From the human T2T-CHM13v2.0 reference genome, Homo sapiens: DNA of 64,000 bases. Location: the NCBI RefSeq assembly GCF_009914755.1, contig NC_060947.1; one strand, written 5' to 3'. Each line of letters starts with the position of its first letter. Position 1 is the stretch's first letter. A model generated the notes under the pieces. It saw only the letters and a list, made by a program, of their open reading frames with translations. It did no database searches and was not told where the DNA came from. This document shows positions 14,876 to 30,759 of this stretch, in pieces. The position numbers and the translations under genes were made by a program.

Positions 14876-15944
14876 GAATTCTGGCAGATCCATGGCTCCC
14901 CAATCTCCTGGTTTGAAGTCCATAGGCCCTTCCCTTTTAGCACTAACCTATTACATTTCTCCTCTGCTCTATAAAACACGAAGTTCAATTATATTTTCCC
15001 AACACTCTTTGCACCTTCCTAGATGCATTCTCTTCTATTTAAGCTCAGGCAGATAATCTTGTATATGATTATTTTTATTAGATTTTCATAAAGTTGGCAA
15101 GCACTACATTCATTCTGGAAGCTGCTATTATTAGCAGATATTTGCCATGGAGCATAATTTCCTATGAACACATCAGTTGGGAAATGCAAATAGCATAGAC
15201 AAGGAAGTCTTTCTTCCTTCACCTACTCCCATTTCTAATATATGAACCCAGGACAAACTTTGAAGATAGTAGCTATTCAAAAAGTTTTAACTGAACTTTC
15301 TGCAGATATTGTGTTGCAAGCCCTAGCTCTGTTTTCCATTCTGCCTTTACAATCTTTAAAATATAATATGATTCTAATGTCCTGCAGTTTGGTAAGTCAC
15401 AGGATGAGTTTGATGGAGGAGGGAATATATATGCATCACCAAATCTAAGTGTAAAGTAATTTTGACATCAATTTATAATGAAAAGGAGCATTTTGATACA
15501 TTAAATATAGCTATGAATTTCTACCTAGCCTGATTAGACTTTTTGGTAATCACCAGAAATATATATCAAATATGGATCATCAGATATCTATAGAAGGGAA
15601 GGAAAGTTATCAATTCAAACAATATGAATTTTCAATTTAGTCAGAATTACTAACTTTTGCTTATATAACATAAATTGGAAATATATTTTGTTTCTGGATT
15701 GTGCTTCCTAATTTAACTATTTAATTCATATGTAACAATTGCAACATTAATTTTTAATATTGTCAAAGATATACAATGCCATACTATAAATACATTTTGT
15801 TCCAAAGAGGCAAAGTTCATCATTTATTTAGGAAGCTGCATTAACTCCTTACGTCCACTTAGGGAACACACATCAAATGCCTCTGCTACATTAAGTTCTA
15901 GAAATTAGAATTTATAAAAAGGAGAAAAAGAGGGAAGGATTAAT

Positions 15945-17060
15945 TCAAGGAAAATTCCGTGAGTGTTTGCTAGGTGCCAGGCATAGTGCTAGGCACACTG
16001 AAAAGCAAGGTGTGGTGGGACATGACTGGGCTTTAAAGACAGACCTTTTTTTTCCAAATCTGGATTTGCAGGTTTTAGCTGCATGGTCTTTATCCTCTTT
16101 GAACCTCAGGATCTTCATCTTTCTAGTGATATCAAGATGTCTAATCAACAGGATCATGAGGAGTAAATGAGATAGTATAAAAAAATGTACATAGCACAGC
16201 ATAAAGGAGTCAATAAGTATAAGACTTCTTCTACATAGATGAACTCATCTAATCTTCTTATAATATTACGAGCTAGATATCATTGGTATCATACTCATTT
16301 TAAAGATTGAGCTCTCAGAGAGCTCAATAATTTGCCCCAGCCGAATTTAGCCAATTTCTTGTTCATTCTCCTGTACCAAAGCTATCTCAGATCAACAGTC
16401 TAGGTGATTCTACTTTATTAACTGCTTAATTAGAGCTCACTTGCATGGTAGGAATGTTGCTTCCTAAACCCTGCCATGTGTGTTCTTTATGGGAGCCTGA
16501 GTAGAAATATTGAGTATAGCTCTGGGCAGTAATGTAACTTTAAAGCCTTTCCAGTTGTAGGTGAATGTACTTTTAAATATAGCTGATATAAAGTTTTGTC
16601 TTCTAATGATAGTGAAAATTACTGACAATATTGACTAAGTGGTAGAATCATAAAATGTCAGATGAAGATAAGAGTCAGAATGTGTGCATGACTTGCCCAC
16701 GGTTATTCAGTTAGATTTTAATAGAATCAGGTGATGAGTTTTAATCTCCTGACTTTCAGTTCAGGATTCTTACCACTGCATACACATTCTATTTACTATG
16801 TGACAACACTGTAACAACTGTATGAAATGGCATTAAATACTATTAAAATTAAGAAAAAGTGAAGCTAACCAAAATAATACCATTCTAGGAGCCAGACCAT
16901 TGTTGAGGTTTAGCTTTCCTATCTAATATATCTACTGTGACCTTGGAAAATCAATCATCTTCTCTGTCTGAGACTCAATTTCTTCTTGTGTTAAATGGGG
17001 ATGATGGATTGTTCAGAACCTCAATGAGATGACTTTTCAAAAAGCATTTGTAAAATGAGA
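15945..17060. mobile_element. Cluster of L2 3' end and several MIR fragments
   Basis: gtgccaggcatagtgctaggcac (L2 end); tttgaacctcagg...aaatgagat; tgtgaccttggaaaatca...ctcaatttcttcttgtgttaaatgggg (MIR core). Confidence 0.55.
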
Positions 17061-17086
17061 ACTTTTCATAATTGTTACCAATACCA

Positions 17087-17600
17087 CGTTTATTAGGGTT
17101 CTCTAGAGGGACAGAACCAATAGTATAGATGTATATATTACGGGGAGTTTAATAAGGAGTATTGACTCACACTATCACAAGATGAAGTCCCACAATAGGC
17201 TGACTGCAAGCTGAGGAGCAAGGAAGCGAGTTCGAGTCCCCAAACCTCAACAGTAGGGAAGTCGACAGTGCAACCTTCAGTCTGTGGTCGAAGGTCCAAG
17301 AGTCCAAAAGCTGAAGAACTTGAAGTCCGATGTTTGAGGGCAGGAAGCATCCAGCATGGGAGAGAGATGTAGGCTGGAAGACTCAGCCAGTGTATTCTTT
17401 CCAGTTTCTTCTGCCTGCTTTTATTCTAGCCGTGCTGGCAGCTGATTAGATTGTGTCCACCGATTGAGGGTGGGTCTGCCTTTCCCAGTCCACTGACTCA
17501 AATGTTAATCTCCTTTGCCAACACCCTCACAGACACATGCAGGAACAATACTTTGCAAACTTCAATCCAATCAAGTTGACACTCAATGTTAACCATTGTA
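17087..17600 (-). mobile_element. MLT2 (A/B-type) 3' LTR of an ERVL/HERV-L element
   Basis: Reverse complement of the MLT2 start (caatcaagttgacactcaatgttaaccatt) and end (tattagggttctctagagggacagaa). Confidence 0.9.
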
Positions 17601-18657
17601 AGTCCACCCCTTTTCAACTTGAACCCATATACATCTCCTGAAATTATATATATATATATACATATAAAATCTTCAAATAATTACACCTAACATAATAGAG
17701 CTATCCTTTGTATAACTGGAAACACACCAATCCCCAACCTAAATGTTATTACATAAAGTTAACGATAGTTAAATGCTGATATGAAATCAATGACTCTTAT
17801 GTCACATGATAAAGAAAAAAGAAAGGAAATAAAATGAAGACATTTTCTTAGTACAAGTGTATACATGCACAAACATGTTCTTAACAAAATAAGGAAGAAA
17901 CACTCATGACAATTATAGTCCTTGTTTCTGCAACTGGCCACATGGCCATAGCTGGTATTGATAACTACCTTCTTCTACTGCCCATTCTGTATTCCCTTTG
18001 CCTTCAGCAAGCACCTCAGCAGGTCGTGGTTTTTACCTGGTGGAGTGGCCCAGACCTTTATTCCTGAAGAGTCTGGACCATTTGTAGTCCTGCCTGGATT
18101 GGGCTGTTGTAGTTTCCAATTGACCTTAATCACAGGGCATGGTAATACCAAGAGATGCCCTAAGGGGTCTCCTTTATTCCATGCATACTATTCCCTACCT
18201 CCATTGTGGAGTAGTAGACTGGTTTCATCTCGGTAGTCGGGGTCAGTTACCCCAGCAAACACTGTAACTCCCTTCTTAGCCTGTTGACTTAGAGGTAGGA
18301 GGAGCCCAGAGTGGCCAGGTAGCAATCTTAACTTCCAGTTTAATGGAATTGTTGTTGTGTCTCGTGGTGGCAGCATTCCTCCCTCTGGAATTAAGACCTC
18401 TAGGCCAGCAGAACGTAATGTCATGGGAACAGGAAGCAAAAATTCTTCTAGTAGGTTACTAGGGGTGATGGTGAGTGGTGCCACTTCCACTTCCACCACT
18501 TGATTCCTGGACCTGTGAATCCTGGCTATGAGAGGAAGCAGTACCATATATTGGACAGTGATTCAGAGGATACACAGCCTTCTGGAGAACTTTGCCCCAT
18601 CCCTGTAAGGCCATTCACAATTCTATCAATCCAGCTGCTTCAGGATGATGGGGAACA
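17601..18657 (-). mobile_element. HERV-L internal remnant (polypurine tract, dUTPase, part of integrase)
   Basis: PPT aaggggtggact abuts the LTR; minus-strand translation VPHHPEAAGLIE... / QGWGKVLQKAVY (integrase), then a dUTPase. Confidence 0.88.
18188..18547 (-). pseudogene. Degenerate ERVL integrase C-terminal / dUTPase reading frame
   Basis: ORF contains SAGLEV...PLNWKLRLLPGHSGLLLP...GVTVFAGVTDPDYRDE, matching dUTPase motif 3 (G.ID.DY.GE) in degenerate form. Confidence 0.8.
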
Positions 18658-19069
18658 CTGTGGAACTAAACAAGCCTTTCAACCTGCTGTACAATTAGGT
18701 TTGCTCCCTCATAAAACACTGAAATGATGGGCCTTTGATTACAGACATCTCAAGATTTTATGCAAGTATCCAAAATGTCCAACTTATGATTATATGGGGG
18801 TGACTGTAAGACTCCTGTGTTTCTGAAATGCAACTTCTAATTCATGAACTACATTTATACCAAGTATGTCTTAGAATAGCTCATAAGCACATGAAATCAA
18901 ATTCCATAAAACCATGGGTTTTGTATGGCACTTAATTAAGGAAACTGAGACAGCTTTCAGTGGCAAGTAAGGCGATTTCAGAAATGGTAACTGTAGTGAT
19001 TCTCCTCAAAATTAGAAAGAGATGGAGAAAACTGTTCCTGTGTGTCTACTCTGTGTCAGGCACACCGGG

Positions 19070-19480
19070 GCCTCAGGAAGTGAATGAGCTTCAGAATCAG
19101 GGAACATGGTTTGTAACACTGACTTTTTAGCTGCTGGGCCTTGCATAAAACTGTTTAAGATTTCTGAGCCTTAGGATCTTTAACTATAAAAATGGCAAAA
19201 ATAATGTCAAACTCCCAGGTTTGTTGTGTAAATTAAATTAGATAACCTATGAAATGTGACTGGGATATAACAGGCACTTGATGAGCATTATGCCCCTTCT
19301 TCACCAGTTACCTCAACTAACCTGCCCAACTACCTGGTAGGCAAGTAATGTTGGCACATCACAAACAAAACTAGGAGACTGAGTTTCAGAGTTTCAGCAA
19401 TTTGCTCAAGCTCAGGTAATTGGTAAGTGGCCTGATTGGAATTTTACCAAGATTGGCCTAACTCTCACTTCCCAGTCCTT
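19070..19480. mobile_element. Two MIR fragments (opposite orientations)
   Basis: ttctgagccttaggatctttaactataaaaatgg...aaattaaattagataa; ctcaggtaattggtaagtggc. Confidence 0.55.
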
Positions 19481-20279
19481 TCCTGTCAGCCTTTCTGACT
19501 CTGGAATAAGACCTCAAATGCCACCGTTCAGTGGTAGTTTATCAACTCATAAGATTTATGTCTTTTTCACATTCCTTCTCCATAGGCATAGGGAGATATT
19601 ATGTAAGTATTACTCTCTTTTCTGAATTACCAATAAATTACTTTAAGGGGGATGTTTATAATAAAATGATAAGAATATGACTTATTATGTGATTTTAATA
19701 TTAGACATTTTACTCTATTATCACTCTATGATCTTTGAAATTATAAACACTTCATTCCATGAATGTGGATGGATATCTTACAAAGATAACTAATTAAAAT
19801 AGGTATCCCAAGATAAAACGTAAAGACAAAATTTAATTTAATTTTTATTTGACTGGTTTCAGAATACATACTACTTAGGCTCGCCAGGCATACATTCATG
19901 AAAATAAATACCTAAAATACAAGACAGTATGGGAATAATTCCTATTTTTGAGTTTGAAGAAGCCATTAAGGGCTAGAGTAAATTGGGAAAGATTCGTGGA
20001 AGAGATTGAACATGATTTGGTCCCTAATGCAGGATTTGGAAAAATGGAGAGAAAGAAAAAGTCCCAGTTGGTAGGAATTAAATAAGCTAAAACATATGTC
20101 ATATTTTTGGAGCAATGTTTTCAGCTACTGTTGAGACACATTTAAGAAGATGTTAGGGCCATGTTATTGACAATTTTGTGGAGGCAATAAAAAACAAATG
20201 AAAGAAATTTTTATATTTATTTTTGGAATAGTGTTTCTCATGTGTCCTGCTCAAATGGGAATGTTACGTCAACCACCTA

Positions 20280-21715
20280 CACTTCCTCAATTCCCAATTG
20301 CTCTTCAAAACATCTTAATCTAGTCTCTATCCCCTCCATTCACTACTCATATGTCTCATGTAGTTAGCAGTGGCCTCCTATTTGCCAAACTCAATGGACA
20401 TGTTTTATTTCCATCTTTCTGCTCTATTTGACATTTTTCCTCATTCATTCACTCCTTTTGAAGTTCTATTTTCTTAGCTTGCATGATGATATTCCCTTCT
20501 GATTTTTTTTGGCCTTCTGATAATTCCATTTCTTTTTCTGTGTGGTAATTTCATCTGTCCACTGCATAAGTGTTAATTTTCTTAGAGTTATATCCTCAGC
20601 CTGTTCTCATCATTTTATACTCTCTCTGTTGTTTTATATATAACCTATATCCTGATGAGTTCTGATCTCCATATACAGTCCTGGTCTCTCACCTGAGATT
20701 TTGACTGATACATCAAGTTCTCCTATAAACATCTCCCCTTCACTGGTCCATGGAACTTCAAGCTCTACTCGCTCTAAATTGGATTGATTCCCTTCAACTT
20801 CCTTTTCCCAAATCTGGTTTCTTACCTACTTCAACTGATAGAGTCACCATTCATTCAAGTCACTCAAGTTAAAAATCTCAGTAACATCCTATGCTTCCTT
20901 CTCTCCCCCTCCCCTTCATTCCAATTGTTCAACAACATTTTTTTTTCTGACTTTACATTTAAAATATTTTTAAAATAATGAAAATGATAGCAGATAATAT
21001 TTTTCAAAATGTACTACATGCAAGGTATGGTGCCAAGAATTTAAAAAGTATTAACTCATTTAATTTTCATACTACAGGTACTATTTTTCCCATTTCACTT
21101 ATGGGGAAAATGGAGCTCAGGAAGGTTCATTGTCTTGCTATATGTCACACAAATACTATTTGGTAAAGCTGTTATTTAAATACAAATGTTTACATTCCAA
21201 ATTCTGTATTCTTAAACACAAGAGTAGCATTTATTGCTTCTATCTCTACTCCTGTATCCTATTTTAAGTTCTTTTCGTGTTTTATGTGGACAACTGAGAT
21301 AGCTGCTTAGCTGGCATTCATCATATCTCTAATCTTGTTTCACTCAAGTCAGCTTCCACATAGCCAATGAAGATTCTATTTCACTTGCAAATCTCATCAT
21401 CCCACTCCTCTGCTTAAAATCCTTCATTGGATCCTCATAAGTTTCAGTATAAATACCCGTTTTTTAGTATACTAAACAAAACTCTCCATGGTGTGGTCTT
21501 GTGCTTAATTTTCAGCTTGAGGTCTCATTCATCCCTGGGTCATAGTTTACGCTTCAGAGATATCATATCGCTTGCAGTTTCCTACTATACAGCATGCTGG
21601 TTTTAGTTTCTACAAATTCATTCATTTTTTTTTATAGTGGAGACTTGCTCTTTGCCATTCTATTTACATAACATGATTAAATTCCACAGAGTCATTGTGA
21701 CTCAGCTCAGGTTCC
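20280..21715 (+). mobile_element. L2 fragment interrupted by a MIR (~20977-21220, minus)
   Basis: L2 motifs (ctcaatggacatgtttt, tttgacattttt, ctgcttaaaatccttcattgg); MIR aactcatttaattttcatac...cccatttcacttatggggaaaatggagctcag. Confidence 0.65.
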
Positions 21716-21718
21716 TCT

Positions 21719-21719
21719 A

Positions 21720-21770
<51 letters not shown>
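21719..21770. repeat. (GT)n microsatellite
   Basis: Directly visible. Confidence 0.97.
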
Positions 21771-22254
21771 ATAAAATATTTGAGTAGAAAAAAATGTGAT
21801 AACAAATATTTTGAGATGATTAATTAAAAATTATAATGAAAAATGGAAGGCAAGTTTTAAAGTAGGAAAATCAGCTAGGAGAACCAGAACATTGAATTAA
21901 GAACAAAATAAGGGATAAGGGCCAGGACTAGGGTAGTAGAGGTGGGAAATGAAAATAGGGACTAACGAATGAGATGGTGGAGGGGATCAAGTAGAGTATA
22001 TTTTCTACAACAACTCCAAAATTGAAGGCAGTTGACTAGAAATTAGCAATTGGGGTTTGAACTAAGATAATCAGGAGTGTAAGTTTTGTAAAGAAGTAGG
22101 AGTTGAGGAGATGGAGAACAAATGTGTAGATGTTTTACATGTAAAGATGGTAAAACTCTAATTCCTTTTAACTGTGGGACTAAAGGGTGAGAAGATGGGT
22201 GTGGGGATTAAATACTTTGAAATGTAGGAAATAGTATATGATAAAGCTATTATA

Positions 22255-22340
22255 TTATGTTGGTGCAAAGGTAATTGTGGTTTTTGCGATTAAAAGTAAT
22301 GGCAAAATTACTTTTAAAAATTACTTTTGCACCAACCTAA
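22255..22340. mobile_element. MADE1 (Hsmar1 MITE)
   Basis: TIRs ttatgttggtgcaaaggtaatt / aattacttttgcaccaacctaa with TA on both sides (22253-54, 22341-42). Confidence 0.93.
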
Positions 22341-22559
22341 TATCATAAGTAAATGGATATTTAGCACAGTTCAACATATGATGGGGAATAGTCTGAAGTT
22401 AAAGGCAGCAGTACGACTACATATTTACATTTCATCATCACTATATAGTTTAGTGGAAGCATCCAACTATGATTGACTGATTAATAAGCCAAGAGTTTCT
22501 TCAGCTATAATTCAATTTGGATATTATATTTCTCAAAAATAACTTGTACTTGTTATTTA

Positions 22560-23449
<890 letters not shown>

Positions 23450-24525
23450 TGATGTGTAGTAAAGTCAGTAATTCTACTTCCAGAAATTTATTGTACAGAT
23501 AAATAAGAAAAATATTTAAAAGCTACTGAGTTTTAAAAGATATTTTTATACTATCTCATCAGTTATCAATACTCTAACGGATAATCTATCATTATTAAAT
23601 GCTTTTCTCTTTTTCATATAATAATTGCTTTTTGTATAAAAGTAATTTTATAGAGAAATTCAGTTTACAAAGTTTAGATTTATATATTTTTAGTTATATT
23701 TTATGCCTAATTGGAAAGTAATGCCTAATTAATAAACTGTTTTTCAAGACACATGATATTTTCATTTTTCTTTTTGTGGTTTTTTTCCTCTGTGTCAACT
23801 CTACACTTTTTTTTACTAAGGTATGAAATGACACATCAACTAATTTTCTCAAGATTTGAAACTTTTGTTTCTAAAAAATAAACTAAATTGTGCCTTTTTC
23901 TAAGTGTTTAACTGTGCCATGGTGCCATTCAGAAGAATAAAAGTCTGCCCAATTTATTGTGACTTTTCCTGCATAATTTCTATGTAGATTAAACAGGTTT
24001 ATAATTCACTTGTTCTTAGACTTCATGCATATAATTAGTCATTTGTCATTTATATATTTCAAAATCACTGCTTCAGAGAAATAATGTAGAAGCATCATGG
24101 AGGTTATGGCTTTCTATGTACATATAAGATCTTTACGTTTGAGGATCATATTTAAAGACTAAAAAATTATAATGTACTTGACTCATATATTCAAAATTGT
24201 GATAAAGAAGACCTTTTTAGCTTACAATTTGCTCTAGAAGGTAACATCAACTTACTACAGATATGTAGAGGTAACTTTTAACCTCATGTTAATCAAATTC
24301 AACATATTGAAATATTTGTTTCCTATGCTGCATATGGGCAGTGAAACAAATAAGCAATTATACACTGAGGATTCTTTAGCATCTTCCCATTTTGTTTTAA
24401 TTTAGAGTACAGAAGACTTCACCTTCTGTCACTATTAGAATAAGAGAAACAAGCTGAATCAACAGTGGCCCAATATATTAACCACTTTGATAAAAGTGAC
24501 CTTGTATTTGATCAACGTCTAGACC

Positions 24526-24678
24526 AGAGATTCACAACACTGGCTGTGCATTAAAATTGCATTTGGAGGTCAGAATCTATCCTAAGAAATTATAATAGAG
24601 GTCTGAGTTGAAGCCTAGCTATCTTTGTTGTCAGCCTGACAGGTGATTTATATGAGCAAACAAGAATGATAATCACTG
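24526..24678. mobile_element. MER5-like hAT-Charlie MITE (degenerate)
   Basis: cagagattcacaacactggctgtgcatta...caggtgattt...aatcactg; preceded by gtctagac, a typical Charlie target. Confidence 0.5.
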
Positions 24679-25449
24679 AACATAAACATACATGCATCCA
24701 TTAATTGACTGCTTATCCACATATTTGAAATACTGCTCATTAATAACCTTATACTCACTAGACTGAGCATTTGAAAGGCAAACACAACGCCTTTATTAAC
24801 TTCGTAACCCTAGTAACCAGCTTGGTTTCAGCACATAGGCACTCAGGAAAATTAATTACTTAATTAATTAATTATGGTCGTATGAACTCTTTAAATTAAC
24901 GAAGAATCATGGCATTTGTTAGATTCATAGGTAGTGACAAACAAAATGTTTGTGAAATTCCTTTTTAAATATCAAACACAAAACCACTTTGGAACAAATT
25001 TTTATTACTCTTTTACTCTTTTTTTCAAAGAAGGATAAATCACTTGAGGAAAACAAAAAATAATTTTTGCTAGAAAGATATTTTCACCAGTAATGTGCTA
25101 ATGCACACACTGTGGCCAAGGAATAAATTTTAGGTAACTCTGCCAACTTCATGCCATACAGACAATATATAGTTTGTAATGCTATTTTTAAAATAAGATG
25201 ACATGACTAGTGAAAGTATAAAAATTATGTGTACTACCACACTATTTACACTAGTACACTATTATAATTCTAAGACATAAGCAGTTATTACAATGATTTT
25301 AGTGTTTTTGTACATAGTTGATCTTCAGATAGAGATAAGGTGAATATGGTATTTATTTTTTATTTGCTGAGTGGATTCTAAATTTCTGTTACTTCCCCAA
25401 AGAGCAACCATTGGCACACACATGCATGTACATGATACACACCACCCTC

Positions 25450-25450
<1 letters not shown>

Positions 25451-25538
<88 letters not shown>
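25451..25538. repeat. (CA)n(GA)n compound microsatellite
   Basis: Directly visible. Confidence 0.97.
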
Positions 25539-25539
<1 letters not shown>

Positions 25540-25723
25540 CTGACATAAATTTATTTTAATAGACAAATATAAATATTTAAATTGCCATGGTCTTAAATAC
25601 TACCAATGGTTTTCAATTTATATTTAAAAAATCAATTTTAATATATTGCCAATGTCAAGGACAGCCATATATACTTTAGTTATTTCTTTAACAGTTTTTC
25701 AAACAATCACAGTTATGTAATTC

Positions 25724-27115
<1,392 letters not shown>

Positions 27116-27877
27116 CACAGTTATGTAATTCTAAAACAAATTGTACAAAACATGCAAGATAAAATAGAAAACAGCACATTATTAAAGCTATTTTATTGTT
27201 ATAAGAGTTATTTTTACACAGTCCTCTTCAAAACAAGCTATTTGAAATGTTTTGCTCCAAAACGTGTATCCATTAAAGTGGAGTCAAAATTTGATTGCTC
27301 TCAGCCAACATACTTTATTGGAAAAAGTGTGTTTAAAATGGTATAGTAAAAGAAGAGATAAAAGATAAAAAGGTAAAGGATTGTGAAGAATTCAATGCTG
27401 CTATCTGCATGTACTTTGTAAAAATATCACCCTCTCCTTCCTGATCCTCTGTCTCTGTCACATTTCGTGGCTCATATGTTAATATGTCCCACCTCCTGAA
27501 CACTTCAGTCATGAGAGACCCAGCTTAATGCACCCAATTGAAAATCCATTAAAAACACATATGGCATCTTCTGTGTTGAAAGGATTCTCTTAAAGATCTT
27601 ACAGTGGTTTGCTGATTTAAAAATGTCTCCCTGTTATAACAAAAGAAGGTGTAGGCATTTATTATGGCTTGCTGACTTCAGGCTAAAAATTTTTTATTTA
27701 AATTTAGCCTCTTTTAGATGCCTCCCTAGATTCAAAATCTTATCGGCATTGCCTAATAAGTAGTTGAAACTTTCAGTTCAACAGAGACCTCGGAAATCGA
27801 TATATCACATCAGTGTTTTATTTTGTCTGTAAACGTGGCATATTAAATTATTGAGTTGTCTGATTTTTTTCTCGGAT

Positions 27878-28109
27878 TTATTGAGGTATAATGCGCAAAT
27901 CAAAATTATATTCAAGTTGTACAACGTGATATTTTGATATACCTATACATTGTGAAATGATTACCACTATCAAGCTAATTAACATATCCATAACCTCATA
28001 GTTACCTTTTTTGTGTGAGATTGAGATCGACTCTCTTAACAAATTTCAAGTACGCAATACAGTATGATTAACTATAGTCATCATGTTGTACGTTAGGTCT
28101 CCAGAACTT
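27878..28109 (-). mobile_element. L1MA (about MA8-9) 3' end
   Basis: tttattgaggtataa...catatccataacctcatagttacc...ctccagaactt. Confidence 0.8.
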
Positions 28110-29398
28110 TAGATTCCCTGTTTTGTGACACCTGCTTTAGGCTTGCTGAGGGTCATTGTCCAGTAGTAGTGAGCATTTTAAGCCAATTTCATTAAGATAC
28201 GATATTTATGATAAACATTTTTTGTAGCATCAGCCAGTGAAACAAAGTATCTGAACTAATCTGAAAGGATTGCTAATAAGCATCTTAGCCTTTCTATCTC
28301 TGGTTTCTCTACAGGTATCACCATGATAAAATTTTTCTTTACCTGAAGCAATTAAAAATAAAAACACTGTGTTTCCCTGGTTGGGCCTTTTTAGTTCCCA
28401 GTGAAGGCCACCTACGGTGGATAGAGAAGAAAGATACTTTCCACACAAAATATCTTACTATTTGAACCTGGTAATTCACATATGCGGTGAAATGTTACCA
28501 CAAGAAAGCTTCAGTTTTCATAGGTAAAAATATTTATCCACATATTTAAGCAAGTTTATAATTCTTCATACAAATATTCACAAAAACAAAAAAAGACCAT
28601 TTTCTCCAGCTTCAGATACACACCATTTGACTTCAGAAACTAAGTTACATCCTTTTGTTTGTTGATTGGTTTGTTTTTAGGCCATCCAACCCCCTCAAGA
28701 TAAGTTACATTCTAATGTGGGCATGTTCAAATCTTACAGGATGATCTGCAAGTATAGAAAAACATATAAGAAGAAAAATTTGGAAAGATTTTTATATCAG
28801 ATCACATTTTCCAACATGATTGTCTAGTTGGTAAAGTTCAGCAGTATCAAATTCCCATCGTTTTCTGTGAAAGTATCTCATCATTATTTAAAATGTCACA
28901 TTTTACCTTATTCACTAAACTATAAATATAATTGGTTCCATTAATAATACATGGCAGATAAGCTAGCTTTTTTATATTATTCATCATTATGAGATAAAAT
29001 TCATAAGACCCTATGAAAATAGTTCAATATATACCTCATATGACTGTTAATAATTTCCAACTTATTTTAGAAAACCTAAAAGCGGAACCAAAACTAACAC
29101 AATTTGGAAGAATTTGAAACTATACTTTCTTTCATAAATTTTGAATTATCTAAATTATCTGAATTTCAAACATAAAATTTTATGTTTACAACTTCTAGAG
29201 ATATTTATTTGGAATTAAAATTACAAAATGCCAAAGGATTGGATAATATTTATCCAGTCCGATAAATGTTAGGTCCTTTTTTATTGCTGCTACATATGTC
29301 TAGCCACTTAAATAATTGTATTCAATTAAATCCACTTTTCATGTCCAGGGATAGTTCTATTCCCCTGTTATTTCCATCAAGAAATAAATATCCTATCA

Positions 29399-30745
29399 TT
29401 TTATTTTTATTTTTTATTTTTATGGGTATATAGTAAGTGTGTATAATTATAGGCTACATGAGATATTTTGTTAAGGCATGCATTGTGTAACAATCACATC
29501 AGGGTAAATGGGGTATGCTCACCTCAAGCATACTTCCTTCGTGTGTGTTACAAACAATCCAATTATACTTTTTTGGTTATTTTAACCTGTATAATTACAT
29601 TATTATTGACTATAATCCCTTTGTTATGCTATCAAGTACTACATCTTATTCATTCTTTCTGACTATATTTTTGTGTCCATTAATCATCCCCACTTACCCT
29701 CCTCTCCCCAACTTACCACCCTTCCAGCCTCTGGTAACCATTCTTCTATTCTCTAGCTCCATGAGTTCAATTGTTTTCATTTTTAGCTCCCATAAATAAG
29801 TGAGAACATGTGAAGTTTGTCTTTCTTTGTCCTTTTTCCTTACTATATCTTTGTCTATTCTGAGTCTCTTGTGGTTCTATATACACTTTACATTTTTTTT
29901 CTACTTCTATAAAGAATGTCATTGGTATTTTGATAGAGATTGCACTGAATCTGTAGATTTCTATGGGTGGTATGGACATTTTAATAATATTGATTCTTCA
30001 GTCCATGAACATGGAGTATTTTTCCATTTTTTTGGTATTGTCTTTAATCTCTTTCATCAGTGTTTTATAGTTTTTATTATAGAGATCTTTAACTTCTTTA
30101 AATTAATTCATTGATATTTAATTTTATGTGTGACTATTGTAAATGGGATTACTTTTTTATTTCTTTTTCTCATTGTTCACCATTGGCATATAGAAATGCT
30201 ACTGATTTTTGTATGTTGATTTTGTATCCTCAGCTTTGCTAAATTTATCAGTTCAAATGGTTTTTTTGCTGGACTCCTTAGTTTTTTCCAAAGATAATAT
30301 CATACCATCTGCAAACAGGGATAATTTGACTTCTTCCTTTCCATCATGGATGCCTTTCATATCTTTCTCTTGTCTAGTGTGTCTAAGTAGAACTTCCAGT
30401 ACTATATTGAATAATAATGGTGAAATTGGCCATTCTTGTCCTATTTCTGATCTTAGAGGAAAGGCTTTCAGATTTTTCCCTATTTAGTATGATGAGTCTG
30501 TCATATACAATTTTTATTATGTTGAGGTATATTTTTTCTATTCCTAGTTTATTGAAAGTTTTTATCATGAAGTGATGTTGCATTTTATCAAATGTTTATT
30601 CAGCATCAACCAAAATGATTATATGGTTTCTGATCTTCATTCTGTTGATATGATATATCACCTTAATGATTTATGTATGCTGAACCATCCTTGTATTCCA
30701 GGGATAAATCCCACTTGGTCATGATGATCGATCTTTTTAATGTGG
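29399..30745 (-). mobile_element. L1MA (about MA2-4) 3' UTR joined to an ORF2 segment by an internal deletion near 29833
   Basis: T-rich tail and L1MA 3' UTR, then ORF2 sequence ([16 protein letters not shown]; QHHFMIKTFNKLGIE in the ORF track). Confidence 0.85.
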
Positions 30746-30759
30746 TTTGAGAAAATCGA

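Noticed and set aside
28406-28422. CTCF-like / palindromic gccacctacggtgg
   Set aside because: Spacing departs from the CTCF core and a 5-bp stem is expected by chance.
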